Positions 32,945 to 41,762 of a DNA stretch of 64,000 nt are shown here, in pieces (within the stretch, counting starts at the first letter, position 1; the number at the start of each line of letters is the position of its first letter). The position numbers and the translations under genes are program-made. The stretch is taken from assembly GCA_963664325.2 (NCBI GenBank), contig CAXXDQ010000003.1:640001-704000 (forward strand), written 5' to 3'. A model generated the notes under the pieces. It was not told the DNA's origin. It saw only the letters and a list, made by a program, of their open reading frames with translations, and searched no databases. This DNA comes from Desulfomonilia bacterium (GTDB lineage Bacteria > Desulfobacterota > Desulfomonilia > UBA1062).

Positions 32945-34171
32945 ATGGCTGAAAAAATTGGAACTGATTTTCCAGGTGTCCGGTACAGGGAACATAAGAC
33001 AAGAAAGCATGGCGTAATGAAAGACAGGTGTTTTTTTATTCGTCATCGTGCAAACGGTAAGTGGATTGAAGAGTCTGTCGGATGGGGCAGCAAGAACATG
33101 ACGGCAAAAAAAGCCAATGCCATACTTGCAGGACTTCAAGAAAATCACCGAACAGGGAAGGGGCCGCAAACTCTGAGAGAAATGCGCGAGATTGAAAATG
33201 CAGGCCGTGAAGCTATTCAATTAGAAAAAGCCCGCAAGGTCAAGGAAGAGATCACACTCACGGATTATTTCACAACGGTTTATTTTCCGACATCAAAACT
33301 TAGCAAGAAAAAACAGACATATGACAGAGAAGAAACCCATTTCAGATTATGGATGGAAAAGACAATCGGCAATAAACCTTTAAAAGATATTAAACCGTTT
33401 GATCTTGAACGAGTTAAAAAAAATATAATAGATTCAAAGAAATCTCCCCGAACGCTGCAATACGTCTTTGCTACATTCCGGCAGGTCTGGAACATGGCCC
33501 GACTTAGCGGGATCATCAACGGCGATTCACCTACCAGGGCAGTTAAATTAATCCGTTTCGACAACAAGAGAATACGATATTTTACCATTGATGAAGAGAT
33601 CGCATTACTGGAAGATTTAAAGAAAAGAAGCATCCAAATCTATAACATGACCCTGCTTGCCTTGCGCACCGGCATGAGGGCAAGCGAGATATTCAATCTT
33701 AAATGGGGCTGTGTGGATGTTAAGAATGGCACGATCATGATTATGGATGGCAAGGGGGACAAAAGCAGGGCTGCATTTATGACAGATGATGTTAAAGCCA
33801 TGTTTAAAAGCATGATAGCCAAGGGAAATGACGCACTTGTTTTTCCAAACCCCAAAGGTCAACCACATAAAGAAATTCCAAACTCGTTTAAAAATGCAGT
33901 TGAGACCCTTAATTTGAATGAAGACTGTTCCGATAAACGGCAGCGCATTTGTTTTCATTCCTGCCGTCATACTTTTGCCAGCAGATTAGCGGAAAGCAGC
34001 GTTGACCTGTACACCATCAAGACCCTGCTCGGACATAGCACGATAGCATTAACAGAGAGATACAGTCACTTGAGTGAGGGCTCTTTACAGCAAGCTATGA
34101 GGACGCTCGACGTGGTAAACAAAAGGCCCAAACAGGCCAAGAAAAGCAATGTAATCCCATTCAGAGGATAG
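32945..34171 (+). CDS. tyrosine recombinase/integrase
   Basis: Catalytic set TGMRASE, K (DGKGDK), HSCRH, LLGHS and ERYSH; N-terminal arm-binding-like region. Confidence 0.95.
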   Translation: MAEKIGTDFPGVRYREHKTRKHGVMKDRCFFIRHRANGKWIEESVGWGSKNMTAKKANAILAGLQENHRTGKGPQTLREMREIENAGREAIQLEKARKVKEEITLTDYFTTVYFPTSKLSKKKQTYDREETHFRLWMEKTIGNKPLKDIKPFDLERVKKNIIDSKKSPRTLQYVFATFRQVWNMARLSGIINGDSPTRAVKLIRFDNKRIRYFTIDEEIALLEDLKKRSIQIYNMTLLALRTGMRASEIFNLKWGCVDVKNGTIMIMDGKGDKSRAAFMTDDVKAMFKSMIAKGNDALVFPNPKGQPHKEIPNSFKNAVETLNLNEDCSDKRQRICFHSCRHTFASRLAESSVDLYTIKTLLGHSTIALTERYSHLSEGSLQQAMRTLDVVNKRPKQAKKSNVIPFRG

Positions 34172-34415
34172 GATCGCAACTGATATGACGGGACTTCCTG
34201 ACCCGCCTTTCCTCTGGACATATCATGAGTGCAAGCCGATAACACCGATACACCCTGATATTAGCCTTTTTTACGAAGATTTAGAGCATATGTCTTAATG
34301 GGTCATTAAGGTTACCTTGATAACCTCTTTTTCTTAATATTTCCTTCTTTTTGTTGCGAATATCTAGTTCCCCATGGGATGTTTTCAATATAAAAAACAC
34401 AGGAGGTGAGTCACG

Positions 34416-34634
34416 ATGAAACCTGATCTATCTGTACTAAAAGAGGCTTGGCCCCACCCTTTTGTTGCAAGGCACGATGTCAGGAAGTTTTCCAGAACTT
34501 ATGACGGCCGAACTATAGCCAATTACGATTCAAAAGGCATCGGGCCCAAGGGTCGAATCATAATCGGCCGTGAGACGTGTTACCCTGTAGAGGAGCTTAT
34601 AGAGTGGCTTGAAGCACGCAGCACAAAGGTTTAA
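34416..34634 (+). CDS. excisionase/AlpA-like DNA-binding protein
   Basis: GGAGG RBS; RTIANYDSKGIGP...GRETCYPVEELIEWL winged-helix pattern; follows the integrase. Confidence 0.7.
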   Translation: MKPDLSVLKEAWPHPFVARHDVRKFSRTYDGRTIANYDSKGIGPKGRIIIGRETCYPVEELIEWLEARSTKV

Positions 34635-34760
34635 TCATGCTAGGACAAATCGCACCCCGGCCTGGGAGGGCGACACGGGGGATAAATCTGGTGAATCTGG
34701 GTGCCAAAACCTTGACATATATCAACAACAGTGTCAAGTCGCGTCGATTCAGGTGCTATA

Positions 34761-37196
34761 ATGGAAAACTTTAAAATCCCAAAATCAGCTAGGGTAGAGG
34801 TTTTAACGGCTAATATCCCTGATGAACTCAGAGACACTTCTCAGTGGATTTGTTGGAAATATGAAGACAGGGACGGAAAATTATCAAAGGTTCCTTACGA
34901 TGCCAAATCCGGAGAGCTCGCCGCTGTAAATAAACCCGGAACGTGGGCTAATTTTCAGACAGCCTTTGACTTCTATGAAAATCAACATGACATTAACGGC
35001 ATTGGGTTTGTTTTGACTGAGAATGATGAATTCACGGGAATGGACTTAGATCATTGCATAAATGACGGAAACATTGACCCTCAGGCACAAGATATTATCA
35101 AACTTCTTGATTCTTATACTGAAACCACGCCATCAGGCGAAGGCATAAGGATAATCTGTATGGGGAAGCTGCCAGAGGGTAAAAGAAGACGAGGAAATAT
35201 TGAAGCGTACGACAATGGAAGATATCTAACTATTACTGGGCAGCGTCTTCCATCCGCCTGTGATTATATTGCGGTAAGGCGACAGGAACTTAAAACCTTC
35301 CATACTAAATATCTGGCTGATTCAGAAAAGAAATCTGAAACAAGACCCAAGAGTAAGACAAATTCACTTGAGGATGATGAGATTATCCGACACGCCGGAA
35401 ATGCTGCTAACGGAGACAAATTCCATCGCTTAATGTCAGGCGATACCAGTGGATATTCCTCTCAATCCGAGGCAGACGCTGCCTTGTGTATGATGCTGGC
35501 CTTCTGGTGCGGAAAGGATGCCGAGCAAATTGACCGTATTTTCAAAACATCAGGTCTGTATAGACCGAAGTGGGAGGAGCTTCATGGCCGTGCTACTTAC
35601 GGGCAGATTACTATTGAGAATGCTATTATTAGAGGCGCAGATAGTTATCAGAATGCAAAAAAGGGCGCAGATACAACAGGCAATACCCCCCTTAATTCGC
35701 AGTCTGACAAAAATATTTTTAAAATAAATGAGTGGCCTGTCCCAGTCCCGCTGCCAGACAGCCTGCCACCTGTAAAGACGCTAATCCCTGAGATGTTGCC
35801 GGAACCTTTCAGGCCGTGGATTATGGATATTGCCGAGCGAATGCAATGCCCCGTGGACTACGTTGCAGCAGCCGCCATTGTCGTCGCGGGCTCATTGATC
35901 GGGTCTGCGTGTTGTATTTATCCAAAAGAAAAAGATGACTGGCATGAGTTCCCAAACCTTTGGGGCGCTATAATTGGTAGACCTTCCCTCCTGAAAACGC
36001 CAGCAATGACTGAGGCAACTAAACCGTTGCGACAACTGGCAGCTGAGGCATCTAACGCTTACCAGGATAACCTCGTAAAGTACGATCAGGAAAAAATCAT
36101 TCACAAGGCAAAGCGGGATGTCCTCGATGGCGATCTAAAAAAGGCAATCAAGACGGGCGGCGACCTGCAAGCACTTATTAACGGAATCGGTGAATTAACC
36201 GTACCTGTCGAAAAGCGGTTTATGACCCAGGATGGCACAACAGAGAAAATCGGCGAAATACTTTTAGGGAACCCGCGAGGAATCCTTGCTTACCGCGATG
36301 AGATTGTCGGCCTGCTGCATTCTCTGGATAAGCAGGGACGCGAGGGCGATAGGGCTTTCTACCTTGAGGCTTGGAATGCAAAAGGTGGTTTTTCATATGA
36401 CCGTATAGGCCGGGGCACTCTGCATATTGAAATGCTTATACTATCAGTCTTTGGGGCCATAACACCTGGGGCACTGTCTGAGTACGTTTCAGGAGCCATA
36501 AAAGAAGGATGTAGTGACGACGGCCTGATGCAACGGTTCCAGGTTGCGGTTTATCCGGACCCTTCACCCGAATGGGAAAACGTTGATAGACACCCGGACC
36601 TAGAAGCAAAAAATCGGGCCTATGAAATTTTCAAAATACTTTCCGAAGATGAGATTTACAGCAACCTGAAAGGTGATCCCCCTGGCTTGCGTTTTGATGC
36701 AGAAGCTCAGGCTATTTTTAAAGAATGGAGGGCGGAACTGGAGACCCGACTCCGAAAGGGTGATCTTGCCTCTGTAATGGAATCGCATGTTGCCAAGTAT
36801 AGAAAACTCGTACCCTGCCTTGCACTGATATTTCATCTGATCGAGGTTGCAGACGGGACAGCAGAAGGCGATGTATCAGCGCGATCTTTTATTAAGGCGG
36901 CCGCTTGGGGTGAATACTTGGAAAGTCACGCTGTTCGCATTTACGACGCGGCCATTTCTTTCGGCATGCAGGCGGCGAAGGAATTGCTGCGGCACATTCA
37001 GACGGGAGAGATCAAAGATGGGGCAACACCACGGGACATCTATCAACATCACTGGACGAAATTGACAAGCCCGGAAGAGGTGATGCCCGCTCTTGAGATT
37101 CTGCAAGAATACGATTGGATCCGTTTAATAAAGATCGAAACCGGCGGCAGACCTTCCCAGATCATTAGGGTAACCCCTAAAGGGAAAAAACTTTGA
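34761..37196 (+). CDS. primase (NrS-1/AEP-like) fused to a DUF3987/YfjI-type helicase domain
   Basis: N-terminal IPDELR..QWICW..KVPY, GIGFVL, DLDHC, YTETTPSGEG and SQSEAD; C-terminal PNLWGAIIGRPSLLKT, RDEI, DRIGRG and DDGLMQRF. Confidence 0.85.
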   Translation: MENFKIPKSARVEVLTANIPDELRDTSQWICWKYEDRDGKLSKVPYDAKSGELAAVNKPGTWANFQTAFDFYENQHDINGIGFVLTENDEFTGMDLDHCINDGNIDPQAQDIIKLLDSYTETTPSGEGIRIICMGKLPEGKRRRGNIEAYDNGRYLTITGQRLPSACDYIAVRRQELKTFHTKYLADSEKKSETRPKSKTNSLEDDEIIRHAGNAANGDKFHRLMSGDTSGYSSQSEADAALCMMLAFWCGKDAEQIDRIFKTSGLYRPKWEELHGRATYGQITIENAIIRGADSYQNAKKGADTTGNTPLNSQSDKNIFKINEWPVPVPLPDSLPPVKTLIPEMLPEPFRPWIMDIAERMQCPVDYVAAAAIVVAGSLIGSACCIYPKEKDDWHEFPNLWGAIIGRPSLLKTPAMTEATKPLRQLAAEASNAYQDNLVKYDQEKIIHKAKRDVLDGDLKKAIKTGGDLQALINGIGELTVPVEKRFMTQDGTTEKIGEILLGNPRGILAYRDEIVGLLHSLDKQGREGDRAFYLEAWNAKGGFSYDRIGRGTLHIEMLILSVFGAITPGALSEYVSGAIKEGCSDDGLMQRFQVAVYPDPSPEWENVDRHPDLEAKNRAYEIFKILSEDEIYSNLKGDPPGLRFDAEAQAIFKEWRAELETRLRKGDLASVMESHVAKYRKLVPCLALIFHLIEVADGTAEGDVSARSFIKAAAWGEYLESHAVRIYDAAISFGMQAAKELLRHIQTGEIKDGATPRDIYQHHWTKLTSPEEVMPALEILQEYDWIRLIKIETGGRPSQIIRVTPKGKKL

Positions 37197-37214
37197 AGCC
37201 CTATCAAAACGAGA

Positions 37215-37504
37215 TATCAAAAGTGGCAAAAGCCTCTTCTTTAACCTTTTGTTACTTTTGCCACTGCCATCCTAAAGGGATGAAAGACTTTTATCGCTCC
37301 ATACACAGCCTAGAGAAAAAGATTTTTATACCTATAACCCCAAGTATCAAAAGTGGCAAAAGCCCTCTTTTTTACATTGCAGGGGGATCACATGGGTAAA
37401 TGGATGGATATGCTTAAGACAGATAATATTTCTGCGCCTGCTAAGGAATGGGTTGCAAAAGTGGCAAAAGGTATCCACCCCTTACCTGATCCATTATCAA
37501 AAGT
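37215..37504. repeat. iteron-like repeats (putative origin)
   Basis: TATCAAAAGTGGCAAAAGCC is exact at 37215 and 37345; partial copies at 37456 and 37495; inverted copy at 37245-37265. Confidence 0.7.
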
Positions 37505-37952
37505 CTGGCAACTTCATGTTGTCAGGGTATTGAAAGAGGTCTGGCCTCGGTACACGCCCCTTTCATTCATAGCAGAGCAGCTTCATGTAACCGAAGGGCA
37601 GATCAGGCCTCTGGTGTCCCTATTGCTTACAAATAGAATCATCATGCAGTTGGGTGAAGGCTATCGGGTCAGTGATTACATTCAAGGCAATACCCGCAAG
37701 AGGCTGGTCCAGCTCGAAGACCTGACGGAATTGCAGCAAGAGCGTTTGGCCATCATGCGTCAGGATGGCATAGTCGCAGAGCATGAGGCGCTTGAAATAG
37801 TTGCAAACTCAATAACAGCGCAAAATATTCTGTCTGAATTTCCCGGCTCATTCGTTGCAAGGATGACAGCAGACCCGGGGACACAAGGAGAGAACCTAAA
37901 TAAAAAAGGAGTAAAAAATGTTGATAGCAGATTTGGAAAAGAACGCAGTTGA
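37392..37952 (+). CDS. hypothetical protein, possible winged helix
   Basis: GGGGGA RBS; LSFIAEQLHVTEGQIRPLVSLL..GYRV HTH-like pattern. Confidence 0.5.
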   Translation: MGKWMDMLKTDNISAPAKEWVAKVAKGIHPLPDPLSKVWQLHVVRVLKEVWPRYTPLSFIAEQLHVTEGQIRPLVSLLLTNRIIMQLGEGYRVSDYIQGNTRKRLVQLEDLTELQQERLAIMRQDGIVAEHEALEIVANSITAQNILSEFPGSFVARMTADPGTQGENLNKKGVKNVDSRFGKERS

Positions 37953-38148
37953 AGTTATCAGGGTAAGTCTTGCAGAATTTCACAACCACAGGTTTGTTGA
38001 TTGCCGTGTGTATTACCAGGACGATCAAGGCGAGTGGAAGCCGACCAAAAAAGGCATCGCCCTGAACGAGGGCACTATTGACGGCGTGATAAAGGCCCTG
38101 GAAGAAGGGCGTGTGCAACTTCAATCGGATGAAGGTCCACAGTTATAG
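37918..38148 (+). CDS. PC4/p15-like ssDNA-binding protein
   Basis: IRVSLAEFHNHRFVDCRVYY...WKPTKKGIAL matches the PC4 family pattern; AGGAG RBS. Confidence 0.85.
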   Translation: MLIADLEKNAVEVIRVSLAEFHNHRFVDCRVYYQDDQGEWKPTKKGIALNEGTIDGVIKALEEGRVQLQSDEGPQL

Positions 38149-38399
38149 GCCGGACACAGTTCCGGTGAAATGAAGGTATCAAGGTGTCGGCTAACTGAAA
38201 GCGGTATGAGGAGCGTATGCCACGGCCAGCCTGTGCTTACCTGGGCAGGCTTATACCGGGGATGTTTTCAATGCCTTTTATTATATTATTATATTAACAA
38301 TTTTGAATACTAATATTTTATTATTATATAAGCAGATTCCTAATCTCGCAGGAACCTGGGATATTTGACATCCTGCCGGAATAGTAGCATTTAAAAAGC

Positions 38400-38873
38400 A
38401 TGAAAACAGCAACGACGACAGAACCCAAAAGAAAGATAAGCAAGACGAGACTTGATTGTATGCTGCGAAGACGTAAAATAATCGAGGCATGTCTTGAAGG
38501 AAAACCCTTGAAAGAAACCGCTATTGCAGTGGGTTTATCGCCACGGTCAGCGGGAACACAGGTATCTCAAATATTAAAAGAACCGAAAGTTCAGCAGTAT
38601 TTTGCCGAAATATTGGAGACAGAGGGGCTATCTGATAAAATATTGGCAGAAAAGCTCCAATATCTATTGAATGCTCGCAATATCATCTATTTTCAGCACA
38701 AAGGACGTGTTACTGATGAAAGGGATGTTCCGGCTCACGAAACACAACGCAAGACCCTGGAACTGATCGCCCGGCTGAAAGGCCACCTGAAAGAAGCTGA
38801 TCGGGGTAGCGTAGATGTCCAGGTCAACCTCATGGGCCTTGTTGTCCAGGCACTAAAGCAGGATCAGGACTGA
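38400..38873 (+). CDS. terminase small subunit-like protein
   Basis: ETAIAVGLSPRSAGTQVSQILKEPKVQ resembles the TerS N-terminal HTH; KTLELIARLKG tail. Confidence 0.6.
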   Translation: MKTATTTEPKRKISKTRLDCMLRRRKIIEACLEGKPLKETAIAVGLSPRSAGTQVSQILKEPKVQQYFAEILETEGLSDKILAEKLQYLLNARNIIYFQHKGRVTDERDVPAHETQRKTLELIARLKGHLKEADRGSVDVQVNLMGLVVQALKQDQD

Positions 38874-38899
38874 TTCTATAAATATGATGAGAGAAACTC

Positions 38900-38925
38900 G
38901 AATTGTTACGGAGTAGTAACAATTC
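38900..38925. promoter_or_regulatory. perfect 10-6-10 inverted repeat
   Basis: GAATTGTTAC-GGAGTA-GTAACAATTC. Confidence 0.5.
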
Positions 38926-39248
38926 AAAGCTAGGGTCATGCTCTGATATGTGTTTTCAAACAAAGTTCTCTCTAGGGTGCTTTAAGCTCATTCTGAGGTC
39001 TATTTCAGGGCTTTCTGTTCATGTCTGATGAGTGCTTGCTTGCAGTGTGGTATGAATGATTGATGACAGTTAGCCACATCAATGGAATCTCTCATACCCC
39101 CCCCGTGGTAGTTGGAATACCCGAAAAACCGGCACTGCCCATTCAAGGAAAACCTATCAATGGGTACGCTACAGGTAGCGCATGCACCTTGTTTTAACAC
39201 CATGATAATATTTACATCTTGTAATTACAATAGGTTACAGCGTTAAAA

Positions 39249-39276
39249 TGTCCCGATAACGGTTATTATGTTAAGA
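39249..39276 (+). other. dif-like XerC/XerD recombination site
   Basis: TGTCCCGATAA-CGGTTA-TTATGTTAAGA: 11-6-11 layout with the XerD arm core TTATGTTAA. Confidence 0.7.
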
Positions 39277-40083
39277 ATGACCATTCAGATATTGACCTGG
39301 TACATTCTATTTATGGGCTAGGTCATTATCGACTAATGCCATCTGCCTTCCCCTCTTGCCCTTTTTACATGCCCGCGGTTTGAATGCAAAAGGCAACCCT
39401 CTGATGCCACGGTTCGGGAGCCGGGGGGGGGTATGCGGGCCACAGACCTGCCCTTTCAATATTAACAAGACAGCCTCAGACTGCGATTCTATTTTTAAAA
39501 ATTCCGAAAATGAAGGCGGGAGATTTAATTTGGATCAATAGACTACTTGTTAAGGTCTCCGGTTGATACCTTCAAAACAAGCCTATTAGAGATTTCCTCA
39601 AGATATAGAAACTTTTTAAATAGACGTTTCACCAGGGCAATCATATAACAAAACCATCTTCCTGCCTCAAATCTCCTTGGATAGTATACTAAAGGATACC
39701 TATGGGCTGTTATGCTTGAAAATGGACCATCTTCGCACATATAAGACCCCCTGTTATTTTTAGTTCAACAGGACCCTGGAGTTACATCTATATCTTAACG
39801 TCAATGGAATTTATCATCATCTGGAAAACCTCTCTCGATGATGCTCTTCAGTCAGGCAAAGTGTACAGCAATCCCCCGTTGTTGTTGGGAAAATCGTCTT
39901 TGTGTGGGATTTCAGGTGCCGTTTCAGGCTTCATCGGGATAGTATACTTTAGGATAATAGACAGGTTATTTATTTAAGGAATATAATATAAATAAGAAAT
40001 TTTTATTACTTTTCCTGATAGCCAACAGGACATTCAACCATGAAATCGGAAATTCAATACCATTACTAATAGAGGAGGATACA

Positions 40084-41646
40084 ATGAAGAGGGCGTTATC
40101 AATTCTTATCGTATTTATACTCACAGCTATGCTGATTGGTTGTATCAAGGTTGTCAATACAAACCCTGCGGATGGGTCTACTGGAGTAGCAAAAGATACC
40201 AATATAAAGGTAACCTTTGACAATGAAGCCAAATCGTCCTCTGTGAATACCAGTACATTCATTGTCAAGGACAGTCTTAACAACCTTGTGGAGGGAACTG
40301 TATCATACTCTAAAAAGGTAGCAACCTTTACTCCGAAGAATAAATTGGCCCTACTCAGGGGCTTCACTGCGACCATAACAACTGGAGTTATGAACATATT
40401 CAACATTCACATGAAAGCTGAGTATATATTTAGCTTTACAACAGGTGATGGGGATTGGAACGCAGCAGAAATCATTGAGTCTGGTGGGTCATATCCTCAA
40501 ATTGCATTTGATGCTTCTGGAAATGCTATCGCTGTTTGGCAAAAGCCTGGTGGAAGCATACTATCCAAGAGGTATACAAAGGTAAGTGGTTGGGGCACCT
40601 CAGAAGTAATTGGAACTGATGGAGGAGTTAATCCACAACTTGCAATTAACGCTGCCGGAAATGCAGTTGTGGTATGGAGGCAGTCCGGAACAATAGATAA
40701 TATTTGGGCAAACGTGTTTACACCCAGTAGCGGTTGGGCCGAAGCACAGCTTATCGAGTCAAACAGTGGTAATGCTGATGCACCTCAGATAGCCATTGGT
40801 GCATCTGGTGAAGCAATCGCCGTATGGCAGCAGGATGACGGAATATATTACAGCATCTACTCTAATAAATATTCACCAGGAATTGGCTGGGGGACTACCC
40901 AACTTATCGAATCAAACAGTGGTACTGCCAATCATCCACGGATAGCTATGGCACCTAATGGAAATGCAATTGCTGTATGGTATCAGTGGGACGGTGCACG
41001 GTGGAGCATATATGCTAACCAGTATTATGGAAGTGGCTGGGGGGCTCCACAACTCATCGAGATAGACAATACCGGAAGTGCAGGGTACCCTGAGATTGCA
41101 ATCGACTCTGCTGGAAATGCAATTGCTGTATGGCAACAATGGGATGGAATAAGGTTTAGCATTTATGCCAACCGATACATACCTGACAGTGGCTGGGGCA
41201 TGTCACAACTTATTGAGACAAACAACGATGGGGATGTCAATAATGTTCAAATAGCCTTTGATTCTACCGGGTGTGCCATTGCGGTCTGGCAGCTTTTTTA
41301 CGGTACCTTTGCTAACATCTGGGCCAATCGATTTGTACCAGGTATCGGTTGGGGAACTGCTCAACTCATAGACACATACAATGATGGCATGGCCGATTAT
41401 CCTCAACTAGCCATTGATCCTTCCGGAAACGCAATTGTAGTTTGGGAAAAGGACAATGGAACAAGATATAATATCATAGCCAATAGATACATTCCAAGTA
41501 TCGGGTGGTCGGCTCCCAGCATTATTAATACTGATGTTGGTAATGCAAGGCACCCTCAGATCGCTGTAGATCATGATGGGAATGCGATAGCAGTGTGGGA
41601 CCAGGTTGGAGCTCAGATTAATGTCTGGGCCAAACGCCTTGAATAG
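40084..41646 (+). CDS. lipoprotein: Ig-like (Big_5-type) domain + beta-propeller repeats
   Basis: Lipobox LIGC; TNPADG..VTF..FSFTT; eight PQIAxDxxGNAIAVW repeats. Confidence 0.8.
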   Translation: MKRALSILIVFILTAMLIGCIKVVNTNPADGSTGVAKDTNIKVTFDNEAKSSSVNTSTFIVKDSLNNLVEGTVSYSKKVATFTPKNKLALLRGFTATITTGVMNIFNIHMKAEYIFSFTTGDGDWNAAEIIESGGSYPQIAFDASGNAIAVWQKPGGSILSKRYTKVSGWGTSEVIGTDGGVNPQLAINAAGNAVVVWRQSGTIDNIWANVFTPSSGWAEAQLIESNSGNADAPQIAIGASGEAIAVWQQDDGIYYSIYSNKYSPGIGWGTTQLIESNSGTANHPRIAMAPNGNAIAVWYQWDGARWSIYANQYYGSGWGAPQLIEIDNTGSAGYPEIAIDSAGNAIAVWQQWDGIRFSIYANRYIPDSGWGMSQLIETNNDGDVNNVQIAFDSTGCAIAVWQLFYGTFANIWANRFVPGIGWGTAQLIDTYNDGMADYPQLAIDPSGNAIVVWEKDNGTRYNIIANRYIPSIGWSAPSIINTDVGNARHPQIAVDHDGNAIAVWDQVGAQINVWAKRLE

Positions 41647-41762
41647 GCTCTGGCATGTTTGGAACAATTTAGATCTAAAGAGTGTTGTACATGTAGGAGC
41701 TACTTTGATCTAAAGTGGCTCCTAACATTCAATATCAGACAAAATTATTGGGAGGGGGTATC

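Noticed and set aside
32945-34171. Integron integrase serving the attC array
   Set aside because: It has a phage-type N-terminal arm region, sits at a tRNA att, shows no recognisable IntI-specific insertion, and lies ~17 kb from the array.
37193-37399. 68-aa ORF
   Set aside because: It is made of the iteron repeats (SKVAK, FCYFCH); probably non-coding origin DNA.
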